Shown here: positions 23,455 through 36,900 of the stretch, in pieces
How the letters are laid out: every line of letters begins with the position of its first letter
Position numbering within the stretch: the stretch's first letter is position 1
Source: Phyllosticta citribraziliensis
Lineage: Eukaryota
Direction of reading: 5' to 3'
NCBI RefSeq assembly: GCF_038025025.1
Contig: NW_027117346.1
Coordinates: 124,001 to 188,000 of the forward strand
DNA: 64,000 nt
Made by a program: the position numbers and the translations under genes
The notes under the pieces: model-generated
The model's input: the letters and a program-made list of their open reading frames with translations, nothing else
Told to the model about the DNA's origin: nothing
Databases searched by the model: none

Positions 23455-26400
23455 TACAGCAATCAACCCATCACAGCGCGCAGCCTTTCTTCTTCAAGCC
23501 AGGAGGAGCGTGGATGGGATTCGTCGCCGCAAACCCTAACTTCGCTTCGCAGCAGGAGCCGCTTACCGTGCTTCTGGCTGAGCCGAGACGTTCCGCGTTG
23601 TGGCAGGTGCGAGGCTGGTGTGGGATGAGGCGTTGTGACTGCGCCCAGCATCGCCATGTCGCGCGAGGGCACTGGAGAGAGTCTGTCCATGCATTCGACC
23701 TCGACGAGCAAACGCACTGCGTCCGGCAGCAGCAGGCGGCAGGGACTTGCCCCTTTCTTCTGATTCTCATTCTCACGGCCCATCCGCATGCGTTGCAGTT
23801 GGGTAACGATTCATATGTCTAGGCTGACAAGCAGACTTTGCGTGTTGCGTACGAGATGGTTGCTGTGTAGTAGACGAAAAGGGATTGGATGAAGCGAACT
23901 AGCTAGCTACGAGGCCAACAGGCGAGGCGAGCGGCTGGGTGGTGAGCGCTGTGCCGTGCCTCGTTCGTGATGCGTGTACTGCACGTTGGCTCCGTTGCTA
24001 CTGCGGACGTGGTTGTGGACTGTGGGCGGCTCAATACTACATACTACACGCGCACGCGCAGCAGAGCGCGCGAGGCGTCTGTCCGTTCGCCAACGACTCC
24101 GTCCCGTCTACTCGAGAACGACAGTCGGCTCTTGCTGCACGTGGGTGGCGGCAGTTTGGTGTGGTGGGTGGCCCATGAGCCGCATTATTGCGTGCGCAGA
24201 GCATGAACGGGGCACGACGGGGCGTCCATCTTGCCACACAGGCACCTACCTCATGCTGACAACGGCAGTTGTTGGTCTTGTTGGTCTGATCGTGCCTGGA
24301 TCCCGCGCAGGGGAGAGAGGGAGAGAGAAAGGAGGTGGAGACGTTGATGGGAAGGACGAAGATTGCCAGTCGGGTGCCCTGCCGCTCGCGTCTCGAGGAC
24401 TGAACTGAGGTCCTCGCTGCTACATACCAGGCACCTGCTGCGCGGATCGTGGTCCGTGGCCGTGGGTCGAGTGCCGCCGGGATGCTGGCGTTGGGACGGA
24501 CACCTACCGTACCTACTCCTGCTAGGGTTGCCCGGGTGGATGGTTGTCGCGTTTGCTTGGGATCATGGAGTGACGGGAGGGGGGTGGGACATTCGATCTC
24601 GTGTTTGTTTGATTTGCTTCAATTCGGCGATAATGACGATGACGACGACGACGACGGCAACGACACTGATGGATGAAGACGGGAGCATGGACAAGCTCTG
24701 CGGCAACGATGCAGCCAGCGCTCGTGCAGTGCCTATTCGAGTGGACATGCATGGGTATAGCTGGACCACTGCGGCGTGCTGATTGGGCGCAGCTCGGCAA
24801 TGTTGCCGTCGATGTGGAAAGGAGTCGGTCGTGGCTTTTTTTTTTTTTTTTCTTCATCGTCGATGTATTGGCACGGCAGTCCAGGAGAAGCAGATTGAAT
24901 GTTCTTTTTTTGGACAAGGCGAAAGGAAGGGCACGGCAATAGTGCCGAAAGGCCTTCAGGCCAGATAGACGACGACGACGACGACGAGACGACAGCAAGT
25001 CCTCAGGCAGACGTGTCGAATGTCGATTAAACTCTCGAGGCCTAAGGTGTCGGTTCGTCGAGACCACGTTGTGCAGACAGAGGTGCAGGCGAGTCAGGCC
25101 GTTGAAGCGTTTCATCGGCGACGAGGCAGACAGGCATCCAAAATTGGAAACGGGATTTGGATGAGTGATGATGATGATGATGATGATGGGCGACAAGGGA
25201 CCCGACGACGCAAAGACAGGCCCAGGCCAGGCCACGACGGAGCGGACAGGAACAGGAATGGCGCGGGGAGGGATGGGCGCGCTAGCTCGCGTGCAGGGCT
25301 TAATATCGGGACGGCAGCAACTGCCAACTGGTGCTTGCAGTTTGATGGAGGATACGAACCGGTGCGATGGATGTGCAGCAGCCGAAGAAGAAGACGGCTG
25401 ATAAGGCGGGCGATGCACGCGCGCGACAGGGCCCGCGGACGGATCAGTTGGTCTTCATGGTGTTGTTGATTGCGCAAGAGTGGAGTGGAGTGGAGTGGAG
25501 CGTCCAACCAAGGGGCCGCGCGCCTAGTGGTCTGGCTGCATCGGCTGGCCTGGCCCTGCCCTGCGCTGCGCTGACGGGATGGGATGGGCGCTCAACTTGC
25601 CTCCTCGTGTCCCGTTGGCGCTGCCATGGCCTCTATTTTCCGACTCACAGGCCCTCGGGGCGTGGGAAGAGGCGTCCCAATGTCATGGATGGCTTTTATC
25701 CTTTTGTCCACGGTGGCTTTGGGCGTCAAGCCAGAGCAGCATATACGGCGGCGTTTCGAAGAGGGGCCGCGCTGATTGGACGGCTGGCTGCACATACGAC
25801 GGAGGATTACACAGCTGCTGAAATGATCAACTATCCATAAGGAATGCCGCACGGCGGCGCCAACTTAAGCTTCCCCAGCTTTCCGACCAAGCTCCCGGCG
25901 ACCACGACTGGGTGGAGGATTGGGTCGCGCTTGCCATGGAAGTTGACGTGAGACGCCTCGTGGGCGCTGAGCTGGTGGGTATTGGCATTTAGCTTTTGGT
26001 TCATTCTTTGCGCCAGTCCGTGTTTGACTGTTGGTGGAGCGTCCGGATTGGGCCAGAGTCGCATGTGCAGTGAGTGCAGCAGCATGCGCGCAACATGTGG
26101 GTGCGTCGCGTCGCGTCGCGTACAGCGTCGAAACGCTGAGGTGCAGACGAAGCAATTCCCGGGAATGCCATGTCTGCAGCGGTGGCACAAGGATAAGCAG
26201 CATGCTCTGAAAGCAGAGCTTGTCGTCGCACAGATAGACGGTTGATGAGTTTCGCAGCGCTTGTCGCTCGTCTAAAGTTGCTGGTGGGGGGGAAAAAGAG
26301 ACTCTCATCGGCAACAAATCGCACGCGCTCTTGAAACCAAAACTGTCACCATCGTCTTCCAACAGAGCTGTCGGGTAAATCTGTCCACTGTGTCCTATCG

Positions 26401-29400
26401 TGACGCCAGACCTACATGATGATCAAAAGATGCCTGTTTCACCCGCTCCGATCCGTCGATTGTCCTCAGGCCTCCCAGAAGGCTGTCAGAATCTTCAACG
26501 CCGCAGCGCCCCCGACACGACTTCCGTTGCGGCGACCGACCGAGCATCAGAGACAGCCTTTGGTCATTCTGCCGCCCACCACCTCACACTACTACACATC
26601 GTGAGCAAGCCCTCCTGAACCATGCCTGCCATCACGTGGAGCCACCATTTCTCGATTTCTTCTCGAGCCCCGCCCCGCCGGCTGTTAACCGCATTGGGCA
26701 GTTTTGGCGCGCCTGTGCGTTGTGGGCTTCCTGAAACGGCCTGGAGAGGCCGTGTGGAGACGACCACGGCATGCAGTCGATGCGACATGATCTGTGCGCT
26801 CCCTCGCTGATTGCAACGACGGGAGCTCCAACAATGCGGTGGCTGAGCAGGCCATGGGCGACAAAAATTTTTCCCTCGTCCCTCGTCTTGGAGAGCCTCT
26901 TTTTTTTCTCGTCATGACGACCATGGCGCGCGACGCCCGAACGCCTCTCAAGTCAGGCTCACCGTTCATGCGCTCAACTGACTTGTCGGCCGCCGTGCCA
27001 CGCTGGATTGGCTGGGCATCCACGCTCTCCCCATGTCACGAACACCAAGGGACATGGAGCAAGTCGGGAAGCTTTGGCTGGCTTGTGGCAGTGAGCAGTG
27101 ACGTCATCTGTGCCCCGCCGGCTGACCCCTCCAGTCCTTCTCATCCCCTCACGACAACACCTCACTGTAGCACCTCTTTCGGCAAGCCGTACCTACCAAC
27201 AGAAGAATAGGACAACGGATGAATTCAACCAGAAATCCCCGTCTTGACGCGATTTACTGCCCTTCGGCCCCGACGGAGCAGTTGGAACCGGCCAGTAACC
27301 CCCGAGCGAAAACGAGACACTCAAGCGAGTTCCCCAGCCCTTCGAGACGCGGGGAAGTGTGCTCCATTCGCGCGATCCGTCAACACACCATCCATCGTAA
27401 CTACGGTTGGTTATGGAGAGACGTTGCTGGTGAGGATTGTGGAGAAGCAATCAAGACTTCTCCCAAACCCGATCCAAAACGAAGACCTACTGCCACGTCC
27501 GAGTCGAAATGGACGACCCGCCAAGAGATATTCACGATGCCGTTGCTTCCTCCCCTCTGTTTGCGGGCTGCACACCGGTGTCGATGGGAGCATCTAACGT
27601 GCCAGATCGGTTGTCGTCGTTGTGGTTGGTGTTTGTAAATAGAACCGCAGCAGAGAGCAGAGCTTCCGTTCCTCTGGCGTGGACGGCCGGGCAGTGACGT
27701 CGTTGTGCAGGAGGGCGGAATAATCAAACGTGGGTGGGTGGCCGTCGGATTCTACCCCGCTGCGCTGACCTGACGCGCACGCGACGATTGACCTCTCCGC
27801 TCTTATGCATCCCTCTCTCTCTCTGCGAGTGAGAGCTGCCGAACTGACTGAGACCCAAGCTGACCAGCCGCCGCGCCGCGCCGCGTCGTGATGACACTGA
27901 TGACGATGACGCGCCAGCCTCGTACACACACACATACATACATACGGACTGGAGTCCGGGGGAGGGGCATCTGACATCTTTCTCACTCACATACTTGCTT
28001 GCTTTACCTTGCTCCCATTGCTTTTTCTTCCATCCGTCGACTATGCATGTATCTGGCGCGGCTTGCTTTTGTCTCCGATGCTGGCTGGGCCGATGACGCC
28101 GAGTGTCTTGCCGATGAGCGCGTGAATGAGGGGAGGAGGGGCACGGCACACGCCTGGCTGCGAAACGTGGGTGGGCAGGAACGGCGTGGATGGCATCCCT
28201 GCGTTGGTGATCCTCCGCCGACAGACGGACGGACGGACGGTACGCTACCTACTTACCTAGCCTGCTTGCTTTTGCTGTTTCTGGAACCTTTTGTTTGGTT
28301 CTTAGAGGGAGAGAAAGAGAGAGATGCGTGGTAGGAGGGAGAGGAGGTTGTAGGAGGTAACCATCCCCCCTCCCACCCTACGTACCTAGCTCGCACATGT
28401 CCATTACCATCGACCTTGACATCTGACACGTCCTGTGCCCCTCCCTCCCTTGTAGCCGATAAGGCCAGCCCCTCCCGCAGCAACAAGAGATCGCAAACGA
28501 GGGAGGGAGGGGTAGGAGGGGCAGAGCTACCGTAGAGCAAAGAAGCTTACAGGCGGGGCAGGGCAGGTCAGGCAGGCAGGTCGACACGAGTGACCCGACC
28601 TGACCTCAGCAGCCTCAGCGAGCGAGCGAGTGAGCAACAAAGTCCATGGGCAGCCGATGACGTACGCACGCACGCATGCCATGCACGCAGACACGCGCGC
28701 GTGGGCGCGGGACGGGAGCTAGCGCTAGCGCCAGCGCTACAGACAGCCAGCGGCGGGGATGGGAAGGTCGACAGATACGTAGACAGACGGACAGACAGAC
28801 AAATCCACGATGCGAAGCGAAGCGAGCCGCCGTCTGTTGGGCGGTTGGGTTCATCTATCTAGCTTCGTTGATTGCGTTGATTGCGTTGGTTTGCCGGCGG
28901 GGCGGGCGGCGGGCGGCTGGCGGCTGGCGTGAGATGGGCAGACAGGACAGCTCAACGAAGATTGATTGAGCGGGCGGGTGCGATGACATGGCGACGATGG
29001 CGACGATGTGTGTGTGTGCCATGCTGCGACTACTGTCAGAGTGTGGTGGGTGCGGTGTGTGACATCGATACGTGTGTAGGCATGTAGGTATATACGTAGT
29101 AGCTGCGTAGGTCAGTCAGTCAGTCAGTCAGCCCGTCAGTGAGATAGTTCGGTTCGGCCGAGCGCATAACGACAGCTGGGCGGTCGGAAAATAGACCACA
29201 CCACCACCACTAGTGCGGCGCGGGTGCTAGTCGCTAGCCGCAGTGCTTGACGAAGCTTGTCGTGTTTGTTGTCGTGTTGATGCTGCGTTGTTGTTGTTGC
29301 TGCCACCCACTCGCATCACATCTAGCGGAGGCAAGCAAGGAAAAATGTTGAGGACATGTCTTCAAGAACGGTGAAGAGCTTCATTCTATGTGAAAGACGG

Positions 29401-29930
29401 CGAGCAGTCTATACAGCGCCGCAGCGACGCGGCAAAAGTCCTGCGCCGTGGTTATCCAAATCAACAATCCTGCCCTCGTGAAGTGCTAAAAGTTTGGTTC
29501 CCTAAATCGTTCATTCGATCTTTGTTTCGCCGCCATGCCCGCCGTTGCTTGTGAAAATGTGCCAATGTAACGACGCAAAAAGTCTGGCTCCCTTGCCGTG
29601 CTCCCGTCAATGGGACGAAGGGCGCAGAGGGAGCCGTGGTATCTTGTGAAGCGAATCTCTCTCTAAGCTGTAGAAAGGGAGATACAAGAGACGAGAGAGG
29701 GAAAAAAAGAAAAACAAAAAGAAAAAACTCCAGTTTAGATGCATGACAATGATGATGATAGCGTAGGTCGTGACTTTGTACTGCTGTGGTCGGCGACCCT
29801 TAATTCCCGCATTCCCATGTCCAGTTGACTTTCGCCCAAGAAAACCACAGATCGGAACTGAGAAGAAAAAGAAATCCGTAAACGCCGGTTCCGCCCCGGT
29901 TAGGCTATGCTTCGCTAAAATGGTGATGGT

Positions 29931-29954
29931 GATGATGATGATGATGATGATGAT
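29931..29954. repeat. (GAT)8 microsatellite
   Basis: Read directly; a similar (GAT)n tract lies near 25167. Confidence 0.9.
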
Positions 29955-29998
29955 GGTGCGATTCGTGTCTTTAGTTGCAAGGTGGGTCGCCGGACATG

Positions 29999-31006
29999 TC
30001 ATCGTGACTCCGTAGAGCTGTCGTCGGTACCTGCAGGACTCGCAAGACTGTCGTCGACGTCAATGTCGTTGGGTCTTGTTTGGAAAGACTTGTCGTTGAG
30101 GCTGTGGGGGTCGTCGTCGAAAAGATCTTCAGAGACGTACTCTGCGGGTGGCTTTTGGCCGTTGATGGGCCCCAGCGTCCAGACCCACTCGCGCCTCCTC
30201 TTGCGGCGGCCGGCCACGGGCGTCTGGGGACACTCGTCGCCGTCAGATTCAGAGTCCGAGGGAGACTCGCGCTTGCAGTTGCGGCCGGGGAGACTGAGGC
30301 TCATGGCGAGTGAGGGAGACTTTCTAGGTTTCAACGCCTCTTGCGGCTCTTCTGGGTCGGGTGCTGGTTCGGAAACGGTGCGCGAGGGCAGAGTCATGAT
30401 TTGAGGAGCTTCCGACTCGGGCTCGGGCTCGGGCTCTTTGGTCTCGGCAGACTTGGAGGGGTGGCAGTCTAGCGCGAGGGATGAAATGGTCGAAGAAGAG
30501 GATTCAAGGTCCGAGTGGGCGACGGTGTACTTTGTCGTCTTGATTTCCTCGGTCAATGGTGCGCGGAAGCTGACGCGCTTTGGCGGCGGAAACATGGGCT
30601 TCATGGTGCGATGCCTCACGACGGGAGGCAGGGGGCTGTTGGCGAGGATGGATTTGACGTTGTGCGGCAGAGAGTAGGGAATCCGGGCGCTGTCCAGGCC
30701 GAGAGAGGAGGCGGAAGAGGTCGAGATGGTCGAGTTGTAGGTCGAGGCAGAGGTGGGCGTGTCTGCGGACCAGGGCTTGGATGATGACGATGATTGGGGT
30801 TCCGAGGCCGAGGCAGGACGAGGCTCATAGCCGTTGCTAAAGGTGTTGCGGATGGTGGGCGAGACGGCAGAGAGAGTGTCGAGGCGCAGAGAAGAGCCCT
30901 TGCCAAAGGTGCGGAACTGGGCCTGGGCGGTGTTGAGGGACAGCTTTGGGCGTTGCTTGGACTGGGCGGCGGAGGACGGAGGTAATAAGGCCAGAGAGGT
31001 GGTCAT
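29999..31006 (-). CDS. Ser/Pro-rich hypothetical protein with an RVxF motif, 335 aa
   Basis: Intronless ORF with motif-like islands RPKLSLNT, SPTIRNT, KRVSFRAPLTEEI and KRRREWVWTLGP in disordered sequence. Confidence 0.8.
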   Translation of the reverse strand: MTTSLALLPPSSAAQSKQRPKLSLNTAQAQFRTFGKGSSLRLDTLSAVSPTIRNTFSNGYEPRPASASEPQSSSSSKPWSADTPTSASTYNSTISTSSASSLGLDSARIPYSLPHNVKSILANSPLPPVVRHRTMKPMFPPPKRVSFRAPLTEEIKTTKYTVAHSDLESSSSTISSLALDCHPSKSAETKEPEPEPESEAPQIMTLPSRTVSEPAPDPEEPQEALKPRKSPSLAMSLSLPGRNCKRESPSDSESDGDECPQTPVAGRRKRRREWVWTLGPINGQKPPAEYVSEDLFDDDPHSLNDKSFQTRPNDIDVDDSLASPAGTDDSSTESR

Positions 31007-31329
31007 GTTGAGGATCTGGTCATGGGATTTGGTCGGTGGTGGAGGGCGGAAATGGGCTGGCAGGCGGAGGGCGGGCGAGGATTATAACGGAGCGGGTCGT
31101 CAGGTGAGGGCGGGGATGGTGGTGTTTGTGCTTGTGGATGATTTTAGCTGCGACCCGGACGTGACGCGGCGCCTAGCCCCGGCCCAGGCCCGTTGCAGCT
31201 ACGCCGAAGTAAAAATAGGCTGTCCCCTTCCAGCCATCGGCCGCCTATCGGTGCCAGCAACGCTCGTGCCACTCAACACCAACATGTCTCTCGCGGCCTC
31301 TTGTCCTTGACCCTACCCTACCACCACCC

Positions 31330-33910
31330 ATGCCCATGCCCATGCCCATGCCCATCGACGCCCCTGCCCCTGCGCATCGAGCCTGGCCGCTGCTCATCCA
31401 CCTGGTACGTCCCCCCATCCAACCAACCGCCCCCGATCACATCTCACTGGCACTCGGCACCGCTTGCCCCGTGCTCCTCTCCCTGGCCACCTCACGTCCC
31501 TAACATTGCTCCTAACATTGCCCCAGGACTATGACGCCTTCTACTGCTCCGTCGTCGAGGCCGACGACCCGCAGCTCAAGTTCCTCCCCATGGCCGTCCA
31601 GCGCAAGTCTCTCCGTCTCTCGACCCCCAAACAAGGCCCCGGCTAACCCAACGCCCGAAATAGAAAAGCAGATCATCGTCACGTGCGTCGTGAGGCGTCA
31701 GCCTGCTGCTCTCCACGCTCGTCTTTGGCTGACTACTGCAAAAAGGTGCAACTACGAGGCTCGGAGACGAGTGAGATATGGCGACAAAGCCGTCCCTCAC
31801 CTCAGGGCCCCCCCGGCTGACGCTCGCAGGGCTTGCATAAGCTGCAACTCGTCAAAGAAGCAAAGCGCATCTGTCCCGACTTGGTGACCTGCCTGCCCCG
31901 CGTCTTGCTTTGCCTCGTCGTTGCTGATGGTCGTGTTTCATCAGGTCATAGTCCTCGGCGAGGACTTGACGCGTTTCCGCGATGCCTCCAAGCAACTGTA
32001 CCGACTCGTGCGAGCCTTTTCGTGGAACGGCAGAGTCGAGCGTAAGTCACCAGAGCCCCTCCCGATACTTGACACGTCTTGACTTGGACGTCTATCGCTC
32101 GCCACAGGTTTGGGATTCGACGAGGTGAGTCAAGTCCCGGCCAGAACCTTGCCCGCCGCGTCGCTTATTTTCTATGAATATCCCCTGCTCTGTTCCTGAC
32201 TGACGGCCATCTGCCACCTTCCAGCTCTGGCTCGACGTGACGGACCAGATTGACTACAACATCGCCCTGCTCAACCCCCACGGCCTGGCCCAATCCTTTT
32301 TTCACCTGTCGCGGGACGATCCCACCCACGGTTTTGCCTTTGATGCGACAGGATTTGCCGGCACCACGTTCCCCAGCCTCACAGGCCTGTCAACGGCAAC
32401 GGAGTCGCCGAGCCCAAGTGACATCACACAAACTCAAGACTCTCTAACCCTCCGCCTCCTACTTGCGTCACACCTGGCGCGGTTTTTGCGCAATGAGCTT
32501 GAACATCACAAGAACTTCACCGCCACCGCAGGCATTTCGACAAACAAGCTCCTCTCCAAGCTCGTCGGCAATCTCAACAAGCCCAATGGTCAGACGACAC
32601 TTTTGCCACCGTATTTCGGTGTGCATAGCAACGTCATCGCCTTTGTCGACTCCCACGATATCGGAAAGATTCCCGGTATTGGGTTCAAGTCGGCTCAGAA
32701 GCTTCGTGAGTTTGTCCTGCATCGGCCCGCAGCGTTCGATGACGGCTTAGTCTACGGTGGCACGCGAGAAACGGTCAAGGTAGGCGACATCAGAAAGCAT
32801 CCGGACCTCAATGTGGAGACCTTGGAAAAACTCCTGGGCGGTCCAGGGAGCCCACACGGCATCGGCGTCAAAGTTTGGGGGCTGCTCCATGGAGCTGACC
32901 ATACCGAGGTCCGCGCAGCCAGAGACACTCCCAAGCAAATCAGCATCGAGGACAGCTACCTCCGACTCGACTCTTTTGACCAAGTCGTCAAGGAGCTTAG
33001 AATGTTGGCGATAAGCTTACTGAAACGGATGCATGCCGACCTGCTGGAAGAGGAGGATGAGTACGACCAAGACGGCGCAACGCCTGGTCCAGACTCTTTC
33101 AAACAGGCTCAAGCTGAGAGACCAGCTGGTCTAGAAAAGCGTCGTTGGATTGCCCATCCTGCGACGCTGCGTCTGTCCACACGTCCGAGGCCGCCGCTCA
33201 ATGCGGATGGCACTCGGACCCGCACCTTTGCCCGAATCTCGCGCTCGGCGCCAGTCCCAAACTTCCTCTTCAGCCTCTCCACGCCAATCGAAAGCCTTGC
33301 AGAGCGCCTCGTGAATGACGCCCTCTTGCCGCTCTTTAGGCGGCTACATCCGGAGAAGACGGGCTGGAATCTCAGCCTCGTCAATGTGGCTGTGACTAAC
33401 ATGGCCGAAGCTGGCAGCAATGCAAAGTCGTCCTCGGGCAGAGATATTACCAGCATGTTCCGAAAACAAGCAGCACCAAGCATCCCCTCAGAGCCCACCA
33501 GAAAGCTGCTGCCTGCCGACGACGTCCCAAAAATGGATGCCGATTCAGGTGCCGGTGCGGTTGCCGCAGACCAAGACAGCAGAGAAAAGCTTGGACATGT
33601 CGCTGACGGTGCCTCCAGCCCTATGGAAGAACCAGCCGCACCTTTGCCTCCCAGGCCGCTGCAGTCGCATGATTCTTTCTTGACAGATTTCATCTCACCA
33701 GACGCTCGCACCGGGTCTGAAGACTTGCTCGTGCCCATCGCCTCCAAGGATAGTCGTAGTGATGTCGATGGCGGCGAATTGGATGACTTCAACGACGGAT
33801 CCGGTGGCAATGGAGACGCGGATGATCTGGGGCTGTGCGAGTGCGATGTTTGTGGCGCGACAATGCCCGCATGGGCTCTGGCCGGGCATGCGAGGTTTCA
33901 TGCGCCGTGA
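31330..33910 (+). CDS. Y-family translesion DNA polymerase, iota-like
   Basis: Spliced N-terminus LLIHL|DYDAFYCSV...Q|QKQIIVT|CNYEARR|GLHK...GEDLTRFR..LGFDE|LWLDVT; HhH IGKIPGIG; C-terminal UBZ-like CDVC...HARFH. Introns 31405-31526, 31603-31663 (GC-AG), 31683-31745, 31771-31829, 31884-31944, 32042-32107, 32125-32224. Confidence 0.92.
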
Positions 33911-36900
33911 TGGCCAAAAGCAGTAAAAATGTAAGACCTTTTTGTCTATTCCCTCCATGCTCTGCTATAGCGATGTTTCTGTTCCAAACCCTTTGCGCCC
34001 TACAATGTTACTGTCCGAATGTCCCCGCCGCTGTTGCAGTTGCTTTTGCCACGTGTGGTCGCCTTTTGTTCCCGTGGCACCACCAACACCACACCCTCCA
34101 CAATTTGTCTTTGCCTTCCAGATAGCAGCGCAAATCTCGCCCTAGAGAGTTGCGCAATCTTGACCGCATTTCGCCTCTGCTCATCCAGGCCGAACACCAC
34201 TGTTTTCGTCGCTGCGTCGTCTCTCCAGCTCCAGCACTGCCCCATCCCATCTCCACACGCAAATCCTTTGCCGCGTCCCCCCCGTATTGAACTTGCGCCG
34301 TGTCCTTTGCAAAGATGCATGAATATCTTCGGTACACGCACGCGCCCGACAGCAGGCAGGCAGCAGCCATCCGCAGCAGCATTGACTGACAGGTACCTGA
34401 CAGACGACACCAACAGCCGAGGCGCATAGCCATCGTCGGGTAGCTGCCCATCAGTTGGCTCGGATCACGCCGCACGGATCCGCGGGAAATCGCTGCCCTC
34501 CATGGCAACATCCCAGCGCGGCCCTTGAAGATTTTCCTGGGCTGGGCCACACGGCTTCTCCGTTCTGGGATCGGGTCGGTTCAGGTCAGCGGTGCGGCGC
34601 CACACCCGCCGCGCCACACTTAGCCACACCAGCGACGCAATCCCGGTCAGGCTGTGGGCGGCAATTTTCAGCACGCGCCGCCCTCCGTTCTGAACGTGAC
34701 CATGTCACGTTTTGTTTCCTTTCTTGGACGACCCGCTGAAGGATTGTCGAAGCTGCACAGAAGACAGGGGTGGCGAGCGCCGCAGGGGCCGGTCGCTGGA
34801 GCGCGAGGGCTGAAGAAGAGGTGAAGAAGGCGTGTTGTTGTCTGTCCTCAGCAGACGGCAGGGAGAGTCAGGATGGTTGCAACGCCAACCGGACGCTGTG
34901 GGCAAGATGCGCGCGCGGCGGCGTCCTCCGCTGCTTGACCGCCTCGAGCGGAGTCGCAGCGCGAGCGGCCTTTTTCCAGCGTCTGCTACTCAGGTATACG
35001 ACGCCAGAGGGGCGACGTGGATGACGATGACGACGGGCTTCGTGATGGATGGATCGTCTGGCAGACTGTCTGCCCATCTTCTTCCCGCTTCGGGGTGGCT
35101 CGTCGGCCTCCCCAGCGCTACTCTGCTCTGCTGGCGGCGCTTCTCTCCAGGAAATGGTGTTTCCGCCGCCTGTCTGCACGCACGCATCGCAGCCACCACT
35201 CGACAAAACGACCCCTTTTGCGGACACCTTTCCGCCTGGCCCCAGGCCTAGCATCCCAACCTACAAACGCTCCCTCATTCCTCCTGCGCCTTCGCATGCA
35301 TACACAAACCCCCGTACACACACCCAACATACATTCTCATGCGGTATGTATGTAGGGACAACAGCACAGCGGTACGGTACGGTGCGGTACAGCCCGAAGG
35401 CCCGCCCCGTGTGCGAACGCACGCACGCGCTCTTCCCCACACCGGACCACCTTCCATTCCGTACTCGCGCCAACGTTCGTCACTGCTGGCGCTCGCTCGC
35501 TTGCGCTGCCGTGGGGAGGCCCTCGGCCGCGCCCGATGCGCATGCGCTGCATCCTTCAGCCCACTCGCGTCTCGTATCGGCTGCTGAGCGCGCGCGGCTT
35601 GCTTGCTGGCTCCGGGTCACGGCTGGCTCCGGGTCACGGATGGGACCGATCGCCCTTGGTGCTGCTCCATGTATAGACAGGCAATAGTGGATGACGCCAT
35701 GTCATGCTCGCTGGCCGTCTTTAGAACGGGGCGTGTGTTTGGAGTCTGCTGTATGTATGTATGTAGGCCTTCCATGCGTGTGGCGGACAGCACGCACGTA
35801 GCAGCCATGGAGGCTCTGCACTAACTTATTAGTGGGGACGCTTGTCGTTGGAGGGTTGGATACCTTGCTGGATACCGTGTTGGCTGGACACTACCATGCC
35901 TGATCGAGGTGACGGGGCCGGTAGCTTGACGGTATGCCATGCTGCAAAACGGGCAGGCTGGTCCGTGACCGCTGACGACCACTAATGACTACTGGAGGTT
36001 GGTGTCTACAGAGCAGACAGACAGACGACAAGCTCACAGTCCCTTTGGGATACTGTCGTCGGTCAGTACCGCCGCCGGCGGCGGCGGCAGCAGCAGCAGC
36101 AGAAGCAGCAGCCATCCAACTACATTCATATACTGTACATGCCCACGTACGTAGCTGCTTGCACGGTCAACCAGCAGTCAGAACAGACCATCCATCGTAG
36201 CTACGGTAGGCAGCGCAACAAAGCCCCGTTCAAAGTACACACCTAATTGAGACCATCTGCCTACCTACCAACCAACCTACCTACCCACCTACCGCAAAGG
36301 AGGTCTGTGTGTCTGTGTGTGCGTCTGTCTATCTGTCTATCATCGCACAACACAGTACACTCACGCCTACCCACCACCACACCCTCTCCACAGACGTAAG
36401 CGTTGCGCCCAACAAGTGACACGTCCATACGGTAAAATCGACAATACACCAAGTCGGGACTAGCCCGCAATGCGCGTCCTACCCTCCATCATTCTCCCAG
36501 CTAGCCAACGTCGTCTGACGCGCTGATGGGTGCTGGTGTGGTGTTTGTTGTGCTGGACATGGGCTTGGCTGTGCGTTTTCAAGTTTTCCTTGCGCGTAGG
36601 GGTGGGTAGCTGCAAAGTTTGGCAGGAATATGTGCTCACGGGAGGGTCGGGGGAGGTGTAGGTGTGTAGAGGGTTTGGTGTGGCATTTTCCGTGCTGTCT
36701 AGTACTGTTTACTCGAGCTTCCTGCCTGATATCCGGTCCTCTCCCGGCTTTGTTGTGTGTTTACTGTACAATTCCGTTGTCTATACCCATTGACCCACCC
36801 CCCTGCCGTCCCATACCGCTATACCAAAAACCCATACCCGTATAGACCTTTAAGCGACCAGTGGCACAAAGTTCGAAGCCCAAGCCTTGCTTGAAGCGTC

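Noticed and set aside
24522..25418. 298-aa ORF in the gene desert
   Set aside because: Built from microsatellites (poly-I, poly-R, poly-K); no coding signature.
25584..25775. Small ORF with a signal-peptide-like stretch (MSWMAFILLSTVALG)
   Set aside because: Too short and unsupported; likely chance.
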